Source: Podarcis bocagei (lineage: Eukaryota). Taken from it: a stretch of DNA of 64,000 bases. Below the pieces are notes generated by a model. The model did not search any database. It was given only the letters and a program-made list of their open reading frames with translations, and had not been told where the DNA came from. This document shows positions 1-24,747 of this stretch, piece after piece (position 1 is the first letter of the stretch; the number at the start of each line of letters is the position of its first letter). Both the position numbers and the translations under genes were made by a program. Location: assembly GCA_964188305.1 (NCBI GenBank), contig OZ076888.1, one strand, 5' to 3'.

Positions 1-182
1 TAACCCAGAAATAGTACCTCAGGTTAAGAACTTTGCTTCAGGATGAGAACAGTAATTGTGCTCCGGCGGCGCGGCGGCAGCGGGAGGCCCCATTAGCTAA
101 AGTGGTGCTTCAGGCTAAGAACAGTTTCAGGTTAAGAACGAACCTCCAGAACGAATTAAGTACTTAACCCAAGGTACCACTG
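1..182. mobile_element. Tc1/mariner-superfamily (pogo/Tigger-like) MITE, cut by the window edge
   Basis: Ends ...AAGGTACCACTG|TA; same family as 19469-19683 and 26579-26799. Confidence 0.85.
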
Positions 183-686
183 TATGTAGAACAACGACAG
201 TAAGTTCAGGACTGCATGGAAATGAGAAAATTCCTGCTTAATGCCAGCAGCAGAGGACGAAATTAAAAATCCAATAGAAAAATAAATAAAGCTAAATTCT
301 TTGGAAACGAATGAACATAAAGGCTTAGATTGTAATCTCATTTATACCTATTTTGAGAGTAAACTTCAGTGACATCAGAAGGACCAGTGTCTGAACAAAT
401 GTGGACAGGATGGGGTGGCAGCCTTCACTGCTTTCCTTAAGCAACCAAGGGCATATCTGAACATCACAACACCACCACCCCATACCTAAGATATGGTTGT
501 TGAACATTATATTTATTAACCGGCAGACACTGGCTGAAGATCCTATTATTATCCAAGAGCAGTCTGTGTGAAACTATTTGATGTGTTAAATTCTTGACTA
601 TTGGGTCACTATGAATCTGAAACATTTTTTAGCCTCACAATACTAAGAAATGCCTACTTGTCCATCCCCACCAAGTGAAGTGTTTA

Positions 687-1057
687 AAAAGGTAATGGTA
701 AAGGACCCCTGACAATTAAGTCTAGTCGCAAACGACTCTGGGGTTGCGGCACTCCTCTCACTTTAGTAGCCAAGGGAGCCGATGTTTGTCCGCAGAGTTT
801 TTCCGGGTCATGTGGCCAGCATGACTAAGCTGCTTCTGGTGAAACCAGATCAGCGCACGGAAATGCCATTTACCTTCCCGCCAGAGCGGTACCTATTTAT
901 CTACTTGCACTTTGACGTGCTTTTGAACTGCTAAGTTTGCAGGAGCTGGGACCGAACAACGGAAGCTCACCCCGTCATGGGGATTCGAACCGCTAACCTT
1001 CCGATCAGCAAGCCTTAGGCTCTGTGGTTTAGACCACAGTGCCACCCGTGTCACTAA
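687..1057 (-). mobile_element. Sauria SINE, full length
   Basis: Reverse complement of the copies at 36441 and 48821; (ACCTTT)-type tail; TSD TGAAGTGTTTA at 676-686 and 1058-1068. Confidence 0.92.
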
Positions 1058-1389
1058 TGAAGTGTTTAGTGCAACCCAAAAATCTTTCACCGGTAACTTG
1101 TCTGATCCAGAAGAGAAGATCTCCTGCGCAGAATTACAGCAGAACTACACTGCTAAGTTTATAGGTTTTCATTTCATGCCAGTTCTCAACCTTTTACCCA
1201 TTTTCCAACTTTCATTGCTCCGATTACATGCAGACACTGAATAGCACCATTAAAAAACCCCCACTCTCATTCCAGTTACGCTCCCATTGTGTTAATCAAC
1301 TTGTCCTACATTCACAGCAACAGCCAATCAAACCTTGCACCACATGCTTTACAAAGAGACATAGGAGCTGCAGTGAAAATGTCCCTCTA

Positions 1390-11802
<10,413 letters not shown>

Positions 11803-12008
11803 CTTTCCACCAAGAATCTGGGAAGAAAACGTAAGAGTAAAATAGTTTTGAGTCATAAAACATTTTTTTTTTCTGTAATAACCTTGATCGCTTTCAACAA
11901 CTACCAAAGATAAACAGATGAGTATCAGCATAGATTGAGTCATAAAACCTAAAAAAAGGGCAAGTTAGATACTTCGGGATTTAACTCTTTCACCAAATAT
12001 TTCTAATG

Positions 12009-12547
12009 TGGTGGTTTCCAACCAGTGTGCCATGGCCTCTGTCCCTCTTTCCTTCCCCCCCCTCCTTTGATGTCCTCTCACATCTCTGCCTCCCAAAATC
12101 TTGCACAGCTGTAGACTTGTAGGTGAATGGTACCTCTGGGGCTGGCCAGGGGGTCTGGTTGCCAGGAGCTGAGACGGCCTCAGAGTAAGCAAGCAAGCAA
12201 GGGAGGGAGGCCAGCCAGTCCGTCTGCCAGCCCTTGCTGTTGGGAATGGACAGACAAGTCCCAGATTTCTGTGGGGCAGTGTGAGGAGGCACTTCTCTTT
12301 GAGGGTGAGTGGGGGTGGGGCAGCTCAGAGACCAGGGGCCGCAGCAGTGGCTGCCCAGAGGACTCGCAAGGATAGGAGAGGAGGCTGAGGGAACACTCCA
12401 CAAAAGAGCATGTTCGAAAAGGGTGAGAGACTGCCAGCTCTGCAGGCAAGGGGTGACAGAACTGGGCTCCTGAGCCCCACAGGGGTGCTGCAGAAAGAAT
12501 GTAGTTGGTCAAGGGCGCTGTGGGCTCAAAAAGGTTGAAAACCTATG
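12009..12547. mobile_element. Non-autonomous hAT DNA transposon
   Basis: Degenerate TIRs (GTGGTTTCCAACC / GGTTGAAAACCTATG); 8-bp TSD TTCTAATG at 12001-12008 and 12548-12555. Confidence 0.75.
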
Positions 12548-13770
12548 TTCTAATGAACTATGTCTGTACAAACACACAAGGCAGTAACACTTTGCACTAC
12601 CACTCCCAGAGGTAAGGTTTATGCTGCATGCCACACCCAATCCCCACTCATCGGAGTTGTTTCACAGTCCTATATCCATGCTGGGAAATGTAAAGTATAA
12701 GAGTATTTTGCTTCCAGTACTTGAAAAGTCAGTGGGTAGCTGGGTTCAAGTGGCATATTGAAAGCCAAATGATCAAGCTGCAGCATTCAACTGATTAATC
12801 AACAAAAAGCTTAACTGCACACTGAAAACTTGGCCTGTCCTTTGCCATGACTAGTCAGTGGGGTTTACTATAAGCAAAATGTCTTGATTTGGGACTCCTG
12901 AAAGATCTGCTACTGGGCAAGTCATATAGCTGCGCCATCTCCACCCACCCTCCTGTTACCAGATATGATGAAAAAAACGTAAAAAGCTTTTCCTGCTTTC
13001 TACCCTATGAAGGGACAAAGTCCATGGCTTTTCTTCAGACAGTATGACTTCTAGGCGACAGAAGCAGATTGTACTCATTGCAATTAATTGATCTTTCACA
13101 GAACTGATGGACATTGTACTTGTTTACACTTAAAGGCTCTTCTGGAGTGTTACTAGATAACAGGGGTTACTGCATATATATTTAAGACATTGCCTTACAT
13201 GTGATATGGGACTCTCTCCCAGAAAACCTATGTGATATTATCTTTTTCTTCTTCCTTCAAATGCCAGCTTAAAACATCTTTCCTAATAAAACCTGTTATC
13301 ACTCTGCCTGTCTGAAACACATCTATGATAGGTGTTGTGATTAAACATTTATCTCACAGTAACTGATTAAAATATAAACGTATCTGACACACTGATTATT
13401 TAGATCCTTTCCAATCTGGGCACAGACCACAGTATGGGCCTGAAATCAGCCTTGGTTACCCTTATGGATGACCTTCATTGAGAAAAAGACAGGAGGAGCA
13501 TGTCCAATGGTTTCCAACCATATACCAAAACCTAGTCCTTGATCTTTGGAAGTGTCATGTAAAACTGGAATGACAGTATCTTTAGAGGCATCCCAATCAA
13601 TGCAGTTTGGAACTGTCCTGCCAAATTGGGCAAAGTTACATTTTGGTACACCATCTTGATTCAAAATGGCACCTGTAATTCAAATGTGGACTTAAGGCTG
13701 CCTGTTCCACTTCAGGAACCCTGGTGCCAAATTGGGGTATATCTATCTATAAAGTATTAGTAGAATTATT

Positions 13771-13875
13771 TGGACTCTCCTTCATTGGAGGTTTTTAACC
13801 AGATATTGGATAGCCATCTGTCTTAAATGCTTTAGTCAATATTCCTGCATTGCAGGGGTTGGACTTGGGGTCACT
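13771..13875 (+). mobile_element. CR1 LINE 3' end fragment
   Basis: GGACTCTCCTTCATTGGAGGTTTTTAA...GGGGTTGGAC...GATTCTATG tail. Confidence 0.65.
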
Positions 13876-14355
13876 GCAGTTCTTTGATTCTATGAATTAA
13901 AATATATACATATAAAATATCACATATAATGAAAACATCACAGCCTAAGTGGCCCTAATATAGAACATTCCAAAGGGCTGATTTTGACAAGCTGATGATT
14001 ACATAGGTTCATCCTATCTGTACTTAAAAACAGGAAGAATAAATTTACAAGATAATAAAATAATAATCATAGAAAGCTTAAAAAGAATGAATGACATGAA
14101 ATATATTTCATGGTGCAATGCAAAGTTCATATTTCTACCAACCATACCAAATGTTCATGAATGTTGCCAAAGAAACTTATTTAGTGGGACTGTGCCAACC
14201 GTGAGATTGTTTGGTCATATAAATCACAAACGACTCCCAAGCAGAAGCAAAGTATTTTTTTTGAGTCAGTTTTTCAGAAATGGCAATGACTATGACTTTC
14301 TTATACCACAGAATAACAAGATGCATCCTTCCACCCTTGAGAGATCACTGGATGA

Positions 14356-14810
14356 AAGACAGAAGACCTACCCACTTTGGAAGAATGGCAGATGAAGCTG
14401 ATTGACTGTATGGGACTTGCAGAAATGACTGGCAGAATCCGGGACCAGGGAGAAGAGTCGGCAGAAGAAGATTGGAAAAAATTGAAGGACTATTTACAAA
14501 AATATTATAAAATTAAGGAATGTTGAATGATGCTGGATTGAAATTAAGTGGTTTCAAGCTGTAACTATGATAAAGCGACTTTCTTTTTGTAAGTAAGAAC
14601 TTAAAGCTATAATAATCTAAGATGTTGAGATAAGGATTTGCTGTACAAACAACTCAAACTGGGTATACAAGAAGGGGAGGTATGAGGTCGGGGAAATAAG
14701 TTATAAGAAAATAAGGTGTGAAATTTAAGTGTTTTTAATATTTTTATGTTTGTTTTTTCTTTTGTTTGCAAAAAATTGGAAACTTTAATAAATATCTTTA
14801 AAAAGAGAGA
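14356..14810 (+). mobile_element. 5'-truncated L1-type LINE (ORF2 C-terminus + 3'UTR)
   Basis: Open frame KTEDLPTLEEWQMKLID...EEDWKKLKDYLQKYYKIKEC* (14356-14526), then AATAAA and an A/GA tail; 17-bp TSD GAGAGATCACTGGATGA at 14339-14355 and 14811-14827. Confidence 0.85.
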
Positions 14811-14829
14811 GAGAGATCACTGGATGAGC

Positions 14830-16330
14830 AGCAACCTACAGATATAGAATTTACTGTTGAGCAGTAAGGTCGGCATTGTCACCATCAAAAATAGATGAGA
14901 GACATAGCTTAGCATCCAAGGTGACCTGTTTGCCAACAATACTACCTATCTCCATTGGAACCTACTTACAGAATTTGTGTACATAATTACAGTTCCACCA
15001 CATATGCAAATATGTTCCTCGTACCTTACAACCCAGCCAGCATAAGGGGGAACCAGATCTTACAGTATGAGCTAGTCAGACCAGAGTTAAAAACCAGCAT
15101 TGAACCTCTCCCTAATGTTAGCAGACATGGACCTAAAGGGATAAGTGGACCAGATCTTAAGCCACTGAGAATTTTTCAGTTCGCCTATAGGGTTCATCTC
15201 CCACACTGATTTCAAAGCAGTAAGTGGAAAGACCCTGCCTTTTGGGGTGCTTGCCACAGCCAGATGTTCCTAAGGTTCCAGGGCTCTAGTGGCTACACCA
15301 TGTACAATGGGATATTTCAAGATGATGCCAATCTGATTGATACATAGCTGATCTACTCCTGAATCTTTCAAGTATTCCGAGAGTTGTGATTCTGTAACTG
15401 GCATGTTGTTCTCATAACAGTCTTGCAGGCGATGCAGTCCCACTTTGGAAAGAATAGTAGATACTGTTAATTTATTTTGAGCCTGAAATTGTGGTATATA
15501 AGGAAGGGGGATTAAGGATGAGGGTATGCAGGCTAGTTTCTTACACATTCTGTTCCACATATCTATAGTGTAATAAAGACTTCCATATTGACCTCTTTGG
15601 GAGCAAAAAGGGGATCACAATTAGAGGGAGAGAAGGGGAATCTTGTGCATCCAGTGCAACCCAAGATGTTGCTAGATCTGCTAAAATCATCAGAACGATT
15701 TGCCATAGCTGAAGGGCATCAAAATATGTTGGTAAATAAAGGACTTCCCAGCCTCCCTGGCTGGATTCAATTTTGCAGCAAAAAATAAGAAGTTGCCAAG
15801 AGGTAAGGGTATTATGTGAAATCGACAGGACTTGAAATAGAAACAAGATTCTGGTCTGTGCTACCATTTTTACAGTAGCCACCCTCCCCAGAATAGAAAA
15901 AAATCAAAGCCTGCCAAGCCTTCAAGTCCTCTACAATATGTTTGGGGGTGGGAGTAGGCTACTTTAAATGAAGCAATTTGTTCAGATTCCTAGGAATCAG
16001 AACCCCAAAACATTGCAAAGAGGTAGAACAAGTTTGGTGGATCATCTAATATTTGGTTGAGTCTGCAAGTTCACATTCCAAAACAAGGTCTCTGATTTGT
16101 TATAGTTTATAAAGAAACCAAACACCACTCAACAATAATTTATAGTTTTAATTACCTCTGGAAGAGCAGCTTTTGGGCCTTGATGATGGCAATGTCACCA
16201 GCAAATAAGCTAATAAGGTGTTGCCAGGTACCCACTGTGAACCCCTGGATTGATGGATTGTTACGATGATATCTTGAGAGGTCTCCAAACCCACAGAGGC
16301 CAGAAAAATAGACAAAGCACTTTCCAAGAC
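14830..16330 (-). mobile_element. Old degraded L1 ORF2 (reverse transcriptase) fragment
   Basis: Minus-strand peptides RNNPSIQGFTVG...ISLFAGDI (degenerate F/YADD) and GRVATVKM...RILFLFQVLSI are typical L1 ORF2 motifs; many stops and frameshifts; boundaries approximate. Confidence 0.75.
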
Positions 16331-19300
16331 ATATAGTAAGAAGCTTCCTTATGTACATCTGCATATTATTTTTATTTGTTGCTAGAAGAATAGTGCAGAG
16401 TACTCTCATTTTCTCATTAAATATATATAATTAAGACTTTCCTACGATCCAAATATAAAATCCCTTTTAACACAGAACATTAAGCAACTGAGCACAAAAC
16501 AAATAGCTCATTTCCTCTCTTTCTTAGATGTCTTAAGGTCAAAAAAGCAAAGTAAACAGGATGCTCTATAGCCAGCACTTTATTTTATAGAGTAGTGGGT
16601 ATCTTCTAATTCTTGGCAAACAACAAATACTGCTTTGCCATCACAGAAAGTGATAAAGACGTGTACAAATAAAATGTTGTTTTTATTCCAGTTAGAAGCC
16701 CAAGATCTGTATTATTTTTAGTTTAATAGTATTTAAAGTGTTATCACACAATACTAAAAGAAATAACATTACGCTGTTTAAGTGTAACCTTTGTGTGGAC
16801 TATTCCTGCTCTCAACAGATAAGTGGGAGCTGCGCCTTGTTATAAAGGAACAAAGATTCTATAGCTTATTGTGAAAGTAAAGTTCAAGTGACTGTGCTAT
16901 AAGGCCTGCTTTAGAAATTTGTTTAAGCTGTCCATTTAAATGCAATGTTTCCTTTCAAATCAGTTAGTAAAATCAGAAGTCCTTGTAGATATTTTAAAAT
17001 ATTGTTAACTACACTTCAAAAGGACAAGAAACTAAACATAATAAATGAAATCAGTGTTATTTCCTTGCTTATTACGGTAGCATGTTAATAGCACTGATCA
17101 CTCTCTAAACATCTGGTAAAAGATGCATGGGGAAACAGGAACAAGATCTAAAGAAGAAAAAATAACATATTTTATAGAGTGGTACTGACAAAATAAAATT
17201 TACTGCTAACAAAGGGGGGGGGGGTTGAAGCTGAGGCAGTACCACACCATTTTATTCAATGTTGTTTACTTTCATCAGTATCTGTTGGTCCCAATTTTTT
17301 TAAAAAATGCATCAAAGCAAGATAAGCAAGGCAGATCACCAATGCAACTTGATAAAGATGTGGCAGCAGAAAGGGAAAGCACATACACAAACAAATTTGG
17401 AATGAAAGGTGCCAATATCCTCCAAAGATGACAGTCAGCCATCAGTCTCAGGAACAGCCCACGACCCCAAACATAAATATATATACTGTAATTCACAACA
17501 AACACAGTGAACCCTGATGTACAGAATAATAAATAGGGTGGACATTTTCAATGTCCTTCAGAATTTTTTTGGGCAGAAAAGCAAACAGTATAAAGAATTG
17601 CCCTTCACACAAAAACAGCAGAAATATTAAAGCTCACGGGGCAATCAGCAACTGACTTCTTTTCCTGGCTGAACCTTTCCAGTCTTTTTTTAGAAACCTT
17701 AATAATTGTGCATTCTTAATGGTTGTTTGGGATCTCAATGTCTTTCCTAAAGACATCAATTTTCCATAGAGATGTTAACATTTTCCCAGTACTCTAGCCA
17801 CACTCAATTCAGATGTCACGTGTACCAAGCTGCCATGCCTTCCCCCTTCCTCCTTATATACTGAAATTATCTCCAGCCCTATCTGGCAAACTAGCCATAG
17901 CATGGCTCTAAACTGGAATCGGAGTCATGGTTTGAAGTGGACTTGAAGCTAAACTATGGCTAGTGGTAACCAATTCAGGCATCACAAAAGAAACAACAAC
18001 ACCACCTATGGTTACCACAAACTAGGAAGTGAAGGAGGAGGATGGGCACGCAAGGAAGATGCTCCCAATATTCAAACCCTGGTCTAAACCAAGCAAATAA
18101 ATTGACAGGAAAATACGTTATTCCCCACTGCTTGTTGAATGCCTGTGTCATCAGTAAATAAATAATCCCAGACAGACCACACTTGACTATATTTGCTGTA
18201 CTTTTGCTATTGTAGAACATGACCTTGCCCAAATAAGTTCTCCAAGTTCATTCTTCCACCTGCATGCAACACAACCCATATTGACAGCAGACAAAATGCT
18301 ATACCAAAAATTACCCAAGTTTTAAATTAATAGACAGCCTTTTCTTTACATTCTTTATTTTGTTTCATTAAAAAAGAGAGAAGGACTAAGGTTGCAAATA
18401 CTCCATTTTGGTTTTAAGATGAAATGCCTGAAACTATTTATCTAGTGACTAATGCTAAACATCAACAGCAGCTATACACCTTCAGCTCAGCTGTAGATTT
18501 CTTTGCTTCCAATATCTCACTATGTTTTCAATATTTAATATTGCTTTCCTAATTTTATGTCCTCCATGAGTCATCCCATAATAATTTTCATAGAATGACC
18601 TGACCTGCATTCTGTTCTGGATTTGCTTATAGATGATTTCCAAGGTAAAGTTCACTACACTATACTGCTTAACTACATGGGCTGTATTTTTACCAATCCA
18701 ACATTAGGTAATAGTTAACGAAATGGATTAACACCAGGAACAAGTCAACTGAGCATTAAATAAAATAGCTGGGGAGGAACATCTTCGGTAAACTAAAGTT
18801 ATGCGACCACACAGATCTGTGAAGATTTAAGGGTTTGCAATCAGAAATACAGCATGGAAGATAATATACAAAGCTGAAAGTCACATTCTTGTTACAAACC
18901 AAAAATGCCTTTTAAAAAAGGTCAGTAGTGGTGTTAGAACACTGCTCATTCTCCATGAAATTTCTCTACCTTTCCCTCTTTTTCTGTCAATCTCTTTCTC
19001 TACTGACTTACATAGGGGAAGGCATGAGAACAGCAAACATAGTTTTTAGTAGTTATTTTAGCATCCATCTCCTAAATCAATGTGATTGGAGTGCCTTGGA
19101 AAACTATTTCACTGTGGTTAGAAAACCTAGACTAGAGGGTCAAAACAATACCCCACCATCTTCACTCAAGTACAGAGCAGTCCCTTTGTCATTGAGGCTT
19201 TGCTTTAATATATATGCACAGCAGTGATTTTTAAAATGTAGTATTTCCGGGGGGCATCCAAATCCAGAGAGCACAGGAATATGGGGAATCCTGGACCCAG

Positions 19301-19468
19301 AACCAACTTGAGATCATTGTTATTGTACTGTATATTTAGTCGCTTTTCCATGGCCTCAGACTCAGGTGCTGGCTGTTGCTGGTTTTTAAACTTATTTTGG
19401 CTAGAAATACATATGATGTACCAAGAAAAGTTTTGACCAACGGTCTGCATCCAGGTCTGCTGTCAGTA

Positions 19469-19683
19469 CAGTGATACCTCAGGTTACAAATGCTTCGGGT
19501 TACAAACTCCACTAACCCAGAAGTAGTTACCTCAGGTTGCGAACTTTGCCCCAGGATGAGAACGAAAATCACGTGGCAGCAGCGGGAGGCCCCATTAGCG
19601 CAAGCGCACCTCAGGTTAAGAACGGTTTCGGGTTAAGAACGGACCTCTGAAACGAATTAAGTTCGTAACCCGAGGTACCACTG
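19469..19683. mobile_element. Tigger-like MITE
   Basis: TA|CAGTGATACCTC...GAGGTACCACTG|TA. Confidence 0.9.
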
Positions 19684-22600
19684 TATCCTTGTGGTGGTGT
19701 GCAGTATAATTACACCTTTCACCAATGACCTTTGAGATAACACGTTCTTTCACCTACCCAAGTCTTGCTTATCCATGTTGATCTTTTCCCCACCCCAAAA
19801 CAGTGAGTTTGTATTTGCAGGAGAACCACTGTAAGCAATCATTTTGAAATTTAGCAAGCTTTCTTTTCCTCAGAAGGGGCAACCATGTCTGTAAATTGCA
19901 TCCAATTCTGGCAGAAGCTAATTTCCTTTTTAAAAAAACAAAAACAAACAAACCTTGGTACTCTGCACAAAACTTACTATTTGACAGGCTCAATCCACTC
20001 TGGAGGGACTCCTATGCCTGAAAAGTCCATCCATTTCTGGCGAGAGGAAATAAGTTACAGTCATTTATAGATTCCCCATTATAGTAAATTGGACAGCAAG
20101 AGTGGGGTGGAGGGGTAGGAAGAGCACAGCTTCATTTTTCACATGTCTAATTTGGTCCTGGGTAACTAGTCGAATTAGAAATACACAGAGCAGCTGCAAA
20201 ATAGATTGGGCTGCTTCCCCAAGCTACAGATACAAGTTAAGATTTTGTGGCTGGTGTACACCTCTGGCAGCTGGGGCATTGCCCATTCTGCACAACACAA
20301 CTCTCTTATTATGCAATTTACGGTCCACGATCCACTACTTTTCAGGTTTGCAAGACTGAAAAGAAATGGTCCCCCCCTTCCCTTATTGCAGGGCTACAAA
20401 GATTAAAGCTTGTTGCTCATCACTGCCCCAAAGCCAACATCAGAAAAGATAGCTAAGATGGCAATCCTGCACACCCTTACATGGAAGTAAGTGGTATTGA
20501 AGTCTGTGCAACTTGTGAATAGACATGTGTAAAATTGCACTGCACAGCAAATGTTCAACCCTCTGCTTACTAATAAAGGACAGCACCTCAGAACATAGGC
20601 AGAGTGACTTTTCCTCACCACTCCGTAGCCATAGCCAGTCCTCCACACAATTGAGAATTAAGTGTCAGGGCTTTCATGGCAGAAGACATCACTTTCTGGC
20701 AGGCTTCAGTTCTTACACCTCTCTTTTTGTATACATAGTCATATTATCAGCTACATCAGGATATTGAAATTATTGGTATCCATTGCTAAATCACATGGTA
20801 ACAAGTAAATCACCTTCAGTTATTCTATTGACTGTTTGTGGACCCAGTAAGTATTTTGTCAACAAGCATTCCCTCGCAAATGAACAACAAAACCAACAGT
20901 CATTCGGTTTGCCACGTTCATAAAGCTTTGGCATGTTCATAAAGCACACTGTAGGATGGTCATTGCTACAGGTAATCTGCTACTGCCTATTCTAACTTTG
21001 ATTGCATATATGGATACCAAGACTGCAATCCTATATGCATTTACTTGGGAAAAAGTACCACTAAAAACATAACATGACATATCAATAGATGACAAGCAAG
21101 TTCCAGTGTTGTAGAAGTACCCAACTGTGTGCTCCCAAAGGGGCTGGACCTTTCTGAAAATTCTAAACAACCAAGTCACAAAGATTTGAAGGTGCTCACA
21201 AAGCATCCACTCTCTTCCCTGATTTCCTAAAGTTCAGGAACTCAGTTTGGGACAGGGGAAAGATGTAGGTGCAGGCAGTAGATACTCCTAGACCCTGGCG
21301 GAATATCATTTCTGATCAGGGACTCCTGCAGGAAAATTACGCTCTCCACATTATTTCCACAAGGGAACGCCCTCTGGGGTGTTCTCATTAGAAGAAATGT
21401 TGAATATAGTATTTATTTCCTGCCAAGGATTCTGGGGCTTGTAGTCCCAGTCGTCTGTTGGACATGGGAGCGGAACATCTACCAGCATTTCCTCTGCCCC
21501 AAAGTAAGTTTCTGGACCTTTGGGAAGGAGAGCCCCATAGGATTAATGAGAGTAGAGTTTGGTTTGTTTTGGGTTTCAGGCAAGGCTGTTCTTGCCTGAT
21601 CATGCTTGAGTCTTTGCTTGAAAACTCATGACACCACTACTTCAATGCTTAGTTCAGGGCACTGATAATGACCGTGAAAGCCCTACATGCCCCATCTCTG
21701 CATTTCATTTCATTTAAGTTTAAGAGCATCTAGGAACACAATCTTATATTTACCACACATGCAACAAATCAGAACTAGCATGCAGAACTTTAGAACTTCA
21801 TTTCCCAGGAAAATCCAAGTCAAAGCATCTTCCAGAAACTGGAATTGTTATTCATGTTTATTTTTGGTAGCTTGGGATAGGCAACATCAAGATTTACAAA
21901 CTGCAGTCAGGATTTAACTGAAAAATCAATGTAGAACTTGTGATATAAATTTAATAAAGGTGGTATTTCTACTGAAAGTATTTTTTACATGGTTATTATC
22001 ATAAATGATATTTAAGTCTCTACACAGAGTCAAATAATAGCTTGATAGGAAGCAGGGGTGTGGTAGCCTGGTAGGAAAACTCAGAAGCATATTTCTGAGA
22101 GGCAACTCTCTTCCAATATTTTTTGCTCCTTTCCGTCAACAGGAGAATTACAGCTCAAAATTTAATTCCCATTCATTTCTCATGTTGGGTTTTAGCACAG
22201 TAAGGGGGTAGCAACCAACCAATCAAGTTCCAAAAGGAACAGGCATTAAAACAGTTTATTGACAAAATAAATTACTATATCCAATCTGTTCCTTTTTTCA
22301 ATCTAAAAATGGTTGCTTAAACTGAGAATGTATTTTTAATGTAACAGACAGAGGCAGAGATATATTTATTATTCAGATACTTGCCAAAATGTAGTTAGCC
22401 TATCAACCTGATCTTATACATATACATGCATAGCTGCAACAACTTGAAATAATGACAGCTGTCAGAGGCAAATTAAGAGGAGCTGAAGACCTTACGCTAA
22501 ATCCATTTTGAACCCTCAACTGTTTGAGTCCAAGCCCTCCACTTCCAGCTGGACAAAGCGTGATAAGCAGTAGCGCACAGCTCTTTCTGCAGATACCTAC

Positions 22601-24747
22601 ACTGAGTAGATGAGTACTTGACAGCAGCACCTAAAACTTTGTAAATAATAAGTTTTGATCAGTTATCCTTTGGGCACACTGAACCCATTATGTAAACACA
22701 TAGAAAGGCAAAGAATATAGAGAAACCGGCCTGAAATGCCAATAGGGTATTACAGATCATGACACTGGATTAGTGCAGTACAGTAGGTGCTATGAAACAT
22801 CTTACACACTCATTCTAGATGTTTAAGACCAATCCTAAATACCTTTGTTCTGCCAAGTTTTTTGAGGTGAGATGATTAGAGATGATTACGCTATTTCAGT
22901 TATCAATATTGTCGGCTTACTTCTTTTTCAGTATTTCTTTTTTACATATCCTTTAATGTTAATAAATGTTGCACTTTTTTTGCTATTTTGGGAACCTGCC
23001 TTGAATATCTCTTTTGCCTAGAAAGATGGGAAATAAATATTTTAAAAATAAACAGATCTAGTAGCAGCAGCTCATACCAGCTGGCCTTAGAATCACATCA
23101 CAGCAAAGCCTTCAAATAACAGTTCTTTTGTTTGCATAGCCCACAACAATTATCAAGTGTACAGATCAAAAATGAAATACAAGACAACCCTAACCTGTAC
23201 CTAAGCTATGTGGATTATTAGCTATCAATAACCAAACTCTATTTTTAATATATATAATGTTATTAACAAAGGGAAAGGCACTCACCCAGCCCAAAATGAG
23301 AAAAGGCACTTGACTGAAACAAATGCTTCAGTACATAGGATTTTATCTTTGTCACAGTCAGCCCAGGAAGACACTTGTAGCAGCATTAAAATATACTGTG
23401 GAAAAACTGTGTGGAATGGTTTTGTGAACGAACTGCTTTCTGGGACTAGGGCCATAATGTAAGTGACCATTCATAATATTGTATGGTTTTACAGGCAATA
23501 AGGCCTTCTGGTTTTCCAACATGGAAGCCATAGAGCCCATTGTTAATAGCTCAACATCAAAGACAATAACAAAGGCTGCAGTCCTATGCACACTTACCTG
23601 GCAGTAAATGCCTGTGAATTCAGTAGCATTACTCCTAAACAAACAGGGATATAGAATCAGGCTCTAAATCTCAGGAGGATGATTAGCAAAAACACTTGCT
23701 GTGCAATATCTAAAGGCTACTAACTGATAACAGAAGAAAGAAAAAGCAGAAACCAAGATAGAAAAAAAGCTTTCCTAATCTCAATGCTTTGAAGCAGGTA
23801 CAAATGGTAAGAAACATTTTCCATTGAGAAAAAGCCTCAGATGCAAGCAAATTATGCAGAACAGAAGAGCACAGCAGATGAACCAAGAAGAGCTACGAAG
23901 CTTAACTGAATGAAAGTATTGCATTGTCTGCTCCTATACTACATTTAGACAAATTCCACATCTCACAATAAACTGACATCAATAAAGCTGAAACCAGTAA
24001 ATACAATCCCTCCCCAAGCTTTGCATGGGACAGAACAATACTTTATTAAGCAACTCTTGTTAATACTGATGGTGTGTGTTCATAAAAGGTGTCACGTTCA
24101 GAGAACAACCGTAAGTATTTGGGGTCAGAATGTTAAAGGTCCTGAGCAATTTGGCCACCTGACAACTTTTGATGTATAAACAAAAAGCCTACTAGACAGA
24201 CAAGCTTTCTAATGACAGCTGACACCCACACCTGTACAAAGGCATCTCTGAAATGTGAACCAGCAGGGGAATTCAGACAGTATGATACAATGATGTGTAT
24301 GTGTGCGTGTGCGTGTGTGACCTTGAGGGCAAGGTACTCACCTATTATTTCACTTCCTGGTAAAGCAGGTACACCAGTTTGTATTTCAATTTCTAGAGGG
24401 GGACTTCAGTCCATGTTTTAGCCAAAAATGTGGTTAAAAGAAATGGAAAAAAACAAAAATCTAACACGGAGAAGCAGCCTAGTTTTACTATGCTAAGAAA
24501 TGTTCCGGAGGGAGGGAGGGAGGAAACATGCCGGGAAGCACCTTAGAAGGTTCAGCATCGGGGGCATCGAAACCATTCCAAACTCTAAAGAAGCAATTGG
24601 GAAACAAAACACACCAGGCAAGATCTGCGATCCCCACCCCACTCCTCCTGCCTAGTAACAGGTGCTCTCGCAAGCTACATCAATCCACATTGCTTGTGTT
24701 TCCAAAAAACCACGTCTGAACACCCGCCCTGCCAGGATAGCTCTTAC

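Noticed and set aside
11803-11943. N-terminal extension of the 267-aa ORF (MTQSMLIL...)
   Set aside because: It runs through a clear splice acceptor at 11817/11818 into intron sequence; it is an artefact of calling ORFs on unspliced DNA
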